Made by a program: the position numbers and the translations under genes. Below, in pieces: positions 10,601 through 16,600 of a stretch of DNA of 20,000 nucleotides (position 1 is its first letter; each line of letters starts with the position of its first letter). Origin of the DNA: an uncultured virus (IMG/VR IMGVR_UViG_3300017773_000003). Its lineage: Duplodnaviria; Heunggongvirae; Uroviricota; Caudoviricetes. The notes below the pieces were generated by a model. That model saw only the letters and a program-made list of their open reading frames with translations. It had not been told where the DNA came from and ran no database searches. The stretch lies in the IMG/VR virus record IMGVR_UViG_3300017773_000003; one strand, written 5' to 3'.

Positions 10601-13600
10601 TTGTACTGATTCTAATGCAAGTAACTACCTAAGCTATGCTAATGTAGATGATGGTTCTTGTCTTTTCCCTGGGTGTACAGATGCGGCTGCAGATAACTAT
10701 GATTCTAATGCAAATCTTAACGATGGTAGCTGTATTTTAACAGGCTGCATGGATCACGGGCAGTGGCCAGAAATAGCTACAGGAACTTTAACAGGTATTT
10801 CAAATGATATATTAGCAACTTATAATCCTCAAAATGTTACATCACCTATACCAGGAGTAGCTGCAAATAATTATAATTCAAATGCTAATGCACATAACGC
10901 AGCTACTTGTATTTATGAAGGGTGTAATGATCAAAACGCTAATAACTATGATGAAGTATTTACTGTTAACGATGGCAGTTGTATTTATTCAGGATGTATA
11001 GATACTTCTACACCTACAATTGTAGGAAGCGGGTTAGATATAGATATTTTAGGAGGATTTACTAACTACAATTCATCTGCAAATAGTGATGATTGTTTAG
11101 GGTCTTCTATAGCTTTAACTGGGCATTTACCTGTAGCAGGTTTACCGTATGGGTCTCAGCCAATAACATGGTTAGGAGCATCTCAGCCAGGAGGGTGGAT
11201 ACCTAGTAATGGTGGAGCAATAAATGTTTATCCAGACACTAGTAGTGGGTATAATAGCGGGGTTAAATTTGTTAGAAAGCCAGGATCAACAATAGCGTCT
11301 GACGTTTCGTTAGTTAGTTTACCTTTAACAGAAGATACTACAATTACTCAAGGACCTCAAATATCTGCTATAGGAGGCAGAAAATTATTACCAAATAGTT
11401 CTTATAAAATTACAATAACAGCTACAACTGATCAAGCAAGTGGTGTTAAATTCACTGTAGGACAAAGTCTTGGCTTGACCGCGTGGACCCCTACTGTTGA
11501 CGCAAACGCTAATTACAAAATAAATTACACTTCATTAAATCTAAGTAACCCTGGAGACTCAGATACTACAACAGTTCCGCTGCCAGGAATAAATCTGCCG
11601 TTAACATTTGGTGGAAGTAGTTCTGGGCAATTTTACACTACTGTTTTGTCAGAAGTTACTACGGTAGCTGCAGATCAAAATACATTATCTACATTTATTA
11701 TAGAATTTAACACAGGAGTAAATCATACTAATAGAAATATTAATCTTGTTATTAAAAATTTAAATGCAGGTAAAAATGTAATTATTCATGATATAAATAT
11801 TCAAAGAGATTTTTGTCCAGATGTTACAAGTACTACAGCTGATAATTCAATTGTATGTTATTTACATGGTTGCGGTATAGATGGATTGTATCCAGATGGA
11901 CATGTTAATGCAGGACAGCCTTGGGCTACTAATTATAATAACTTAGTTACGTATAGTATACCTAGTGGATCTTTTGGACCTAATAATGAACCTGGTTGCA
12001 CTAGAGGTGGATGTACAAATCAGTATGCAGATAATTACGACCCTTTTGCAACATTTGATAATGGTACTTGTACTATTTCTATATGTACAGATACTGCTGC
12101 AACTATAGATGGTAATAATGCATCTAATTATTATACAGCAGATGCAGATAATCCTAATTTAGTTGCTGGAACAATAGTAGATCCTACGCATTCAGATTAT
12201 AATGGAATTACTTTTAATGATGCAGGATGTGTATGGTTAGGTTGTACAAATAGCGCATCGTTTAATTATGATTCGCAAGCAACTACAGACACTACATTAA
12301 ATCCTGTACATACTAGTTCTTGTGAAGCTGTAGTGTTAGGTTGTACAGACACTTATGCTTATAATTATAATGATACAAATGGAGATGGTGTTGCTAATGA
12401 TCCTCCTGTAAATACAGATAATGGTAGTTGTTGTGATAATTTATATTACCCAATTAATGGTGTAGGAAAATTAAATGTAGAAGGTATTGGTTCTCAAGGT
12501 CCTCAATTATTTGATTCTGCAAAATTATATCAACTTGTTGACCCTTATGAGCCTAATACAGTAACTAGTACATCTACTTCATATACAATAACTTGTCCTG
12601 CTTCAGGAACACATCAGAAGGGAGGAAGACTTTATTTAGGATTTATTGGTAATACAAATCCAAATGATATATATGGAATAGGTAATGTAGGTTTAGAGCC
12701 TAATAATATTTATAATTTAAAAGCAACTGTTGTATATACAAACGAAACAAATGCATCATTTAGATTAAACCGTACTCCTGTTAGTGGTATAACTTATGAA
12801 GTAGAGCAAGTTGCTTATTCTGCCACACAAAATATTAACATAGATTTTGAGTATGAGTCTGATAATTGGAATTATTTTATTGAATTCTATGCTCTTAGTA
12901 ATAATGCTACTGTAACAGTTAGTAATTTAGAAATTAAAAAACATACAGCAGTTTTTCCTTTATTGTCTCAATATAATTGTGCGGGAACTGCAACAGTTGA
13001 TTTAGCTTTTGATTCTTTATATGATTTAGATCCTTTAGGAGATGGAGGTGAATCTACAATGACAATTACTAGTCATCCAGCTACTAGTGCGGGAAGTGGC
13101 GTACCTGATTATGGTACAACTATATTTACTTATAGTAATGTAGATTGGGGCCATTTAGATTCTTATTACAGAGATGAGTTATTCCATCCTACTGAAACTT
13201 ATACAGCTTCTAGATGGACAGCAGCTGCTAATTGTACTATTAGTAATCCTACAGCTGACTCAATAAAAGTAACTGCAGGAACAAGTGCAGGAGATACTGG
13301 AATGTCTACAGTGTTAAAAGCCTCATGTATTGATGGTACAGGAATTTTAACTTCGTATACTCCTAATGAAGATCCTCAATGTCCAACAATTTTAGTAGCT
13401 GGTGGGGGATTAAACCACATGAACACTGGTTATTTAGATAATGATAATGGAGCTATATCACAACAAACTACTTCTTATACTTTAGAGTTTGTATTAGATA
13501 CTGATGACAGTAATGTAGAAGTTGACGTTACAGATGGGGCAGGTAATATATTAGCTACTAGTACTGCAGGCCCTGGCGTAGAAGTTCGTAGAATGATATT

Positions 13601-16600
13601 TAGTGTTCCTACAGGAAAAGAAAATGAGTGCACATTACAACTTGATGCGTTATCTGATAATAAATATGCAACAATAAGTGGTCTTAGTTTAAAACGAGGA
13701 TTCCCTATTGGTATTTATGATACTCTAAATAGTGGTAAAGGTGTTGCATCGCATATTAGAATAATATTTAATTATCCTAATGCAAGTGGAGCGTTGACTG
13801 GATGTACTTATGATCAAACTGTAGTAGTGGCACCTCCTTGTCTAGTTCAAAGTGGATGTACTGACAATGGTTTAGAGGTTAATGGTGCTGGACTTGTAAA
13901 TGATCTTACCAGCGATAGTATGTCTGCAGTTAATTACAATCCACTAGCCAATACAGATGATGGATCTTGCGTTGCAAGAGTTTTAGGTTGTACTGATAGC
14001 ACAGCAAAGAATTATAGCGCTGCTGCTAATACAAACTGGACAACTGCAACTAATCACACATCTCCATGTTACCCTAAAGTGCACGGATGTACTGATCCAA
14101 CGGCTTGGAATTATAATAACTATTGGATGAATAATGTTGGTGGTGGAACATTTAACCAAGCTTTCCATAACACTATGGCTACTGAAGACTGGGTAAGTGG
14201 GACAGATCTTGGAACAGAATATACTGGAAGTGAAAAATTCTTAATACAGTCAGAATTAGGTCCAGGCAGTACAATGACTACTCAATTACAAAATGTTGAT
14301 GGATTTGAATATAGTGAACTTGTACCTGCACCTGATTCTCCATATTCTCAATACCCTGGTGCATTTGGTGATTACCCTCAAGCAGTAACAGGAGTTCTTG
14401 GTATTGATGTAAACGAGTCTATATCTAGCGGGCCAGGATCATGTATAGCAAAAGTATTTGGATGTACAGATTCAACAGCTACTAATTATAGTTCGGCAGC
14501 TAATACAGAATATGTACCATCTAATTGTTGTTACGATTTAGCTGCGGATGATCCATATATTGGACCTCTACCATTTATTACAGAAGAAGTTTGTGACTTA
14601 AGACCTTATGTAGCAGCTGATGGTGCATACTCTGCAAACATACAAGTAAATGTTAGATTAGCAAATGACAATATTGTAAGCGAATTAAAACTTGAATCAA
14701 CATTATATACTCTTACTTCTAAAAACAGAGCAGGGGTTACAATAGATACAACTACTGCTAGTTTTGCAACTTTATTAGATGCCGGTGTAAATCTTAAAAC
14801 TTATAAATACGCTCTAGATGCAGACGCTACTTTAGAAGCAGCGTACTTGAATAGTAACGTTACTAATAGCGCATTTGTTACAGCGCATATCGGTAATGAT
14901 GATAACAGAGCATCTAAAATAACAGTAGATGTTTCTTATCAATCTGCATATGAGCAAGGTCAAGCAGGGACTACATTATGTACAGGAGTTACACAAGACG
15001 TATCTTTGTTGCCAGCAATTGGTACTGAAACTGCTGGAGGGTTAGTATACAAAACAGATGCTGCAAATGATTATTCGTATATAGTAAAAACACAAACATT
15101 AGAAGACTCTGTGTTTGGGTGTAGAGGAACAAACATTTCTGGAGCTGTTGGAGCAAACATAGGAGACGGTATTGCAAATACACTTGCAATAGAGGCTGCG
15201 TGTACAACTGCAAATACAGCAGCTGATAGAGCTGCTAATTTAAATGATGCAGGATTTACTGATTGGTATTTACCATCTCAAGGAGAGCTAGTAGAAATAT
15301 ATAACGCTTTAGTAAATACAAATTTATATTCTGCTTTTGCTAATGGAGAGTATGTGTCATCTACTCAAGCAAATGCTAACGAAGTTAAAGCTGTTAATTT
15401 TGCAAATGGAACTGTTTCTAATATAAGTAAAGAGTCTACTTTTAAAGTGCTAGCTGTAAGAAGAACAAACTCTAGCCATATAGGGCAAGGAGATCCTTCA
15501 TGCAAATCGCTTTATGGTTGTACGGATCCTGGTTTTACAGAATATTACGCTAATCCTTCTGTTAATACAGACAGTGCAGGCGCCTTAATAGATAATGGTA
15601 CGTGTTTAACTCCTGCTGTAATAGGATGTACAAATGCAAACTATACAGAGTCCTATACTACTGTTAATGAAAATATAGTATCAGCAGCTAACTCTCCATT
15701 TGACTACAATATAACAACATATAGTGTAAGTGGGTCATCTACAATAAATGTAAACGATCCAACTACGTGTCAAACAGTTTTGATTCCAGGGTGTACAGAT
15801 CCAGATTATGCAAACTTTTATGGACCAGTTCAATCTTCAATAGGCCCAGACGGCCAAGATTTTTATGGAGGTAGCAATGGTCTCCCTAATAATATAACGT
15901 ATACTTTTACAAACGCTTATGGAGTTTCTGAAACTATTACTGCAGATCATTATAATAAAGATAACGGAACTTGCACAGTATCAGCAGAAGCAGGATGTAG
16001 AGATAAATTTTCAGATAGTGTAACATACACAGATATTCAAACAGGGTTACCTACAACTATTACTCCGACATTTTGTTTATACACGCCTACTGTTAATGTA
16101 GCATTGCCAGGCGCATGTGAAGGTGTTCACGGATGTACAGACACTGAATATGCAGAATCTAGTTATTACACTGCTGAGTGTGATGCAGAAAACGGAACAG
16201 AAGGTGTAGTTTGTGAAAATCTAGCTATATCTGCGTGTACAGATCCAAATTATTTAGAATATGATTCTAATCCTTTTGCAATAAGCAATCAAGATTTATG
16301 TGTAACTTTTAAAGTTGAAGGATGTACAGATTCAACATATGCTGAATATTACCAAGTAATAGCTGCAGGAAATTCTGTTCCTAATTTTGATCCTTTACCA
16401 GGAACTAACACAACAAGTGATAGTTCTTTAAACAATGGTAGTTGTATTAATTTAATAGGATGTGTAGATGCTACTAATACAGCTGCATATAATCCTTCTG
16501 ATTACACTACAATAACAGGAGATGGGGTATCAATTGCAAATGGTGGTAACGGTTACGCAGCTGGTGAATTAATTTACATAGGTATACAAAATGCTACGCC

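Noticed and set aside
10257..15213. Minus-strand ORFs 10257-10484, 13983-14168 and 14989-15213
   Set aside because: They are antisense to the giant ORF, and their low-complexity translations reflect its codon bias.
15351..15464. Complete diversity-generating retroelement in this window
   Set aside because: No template repeat, reverse transcriptase or Avd gene is visible; only the target-type fold is present.
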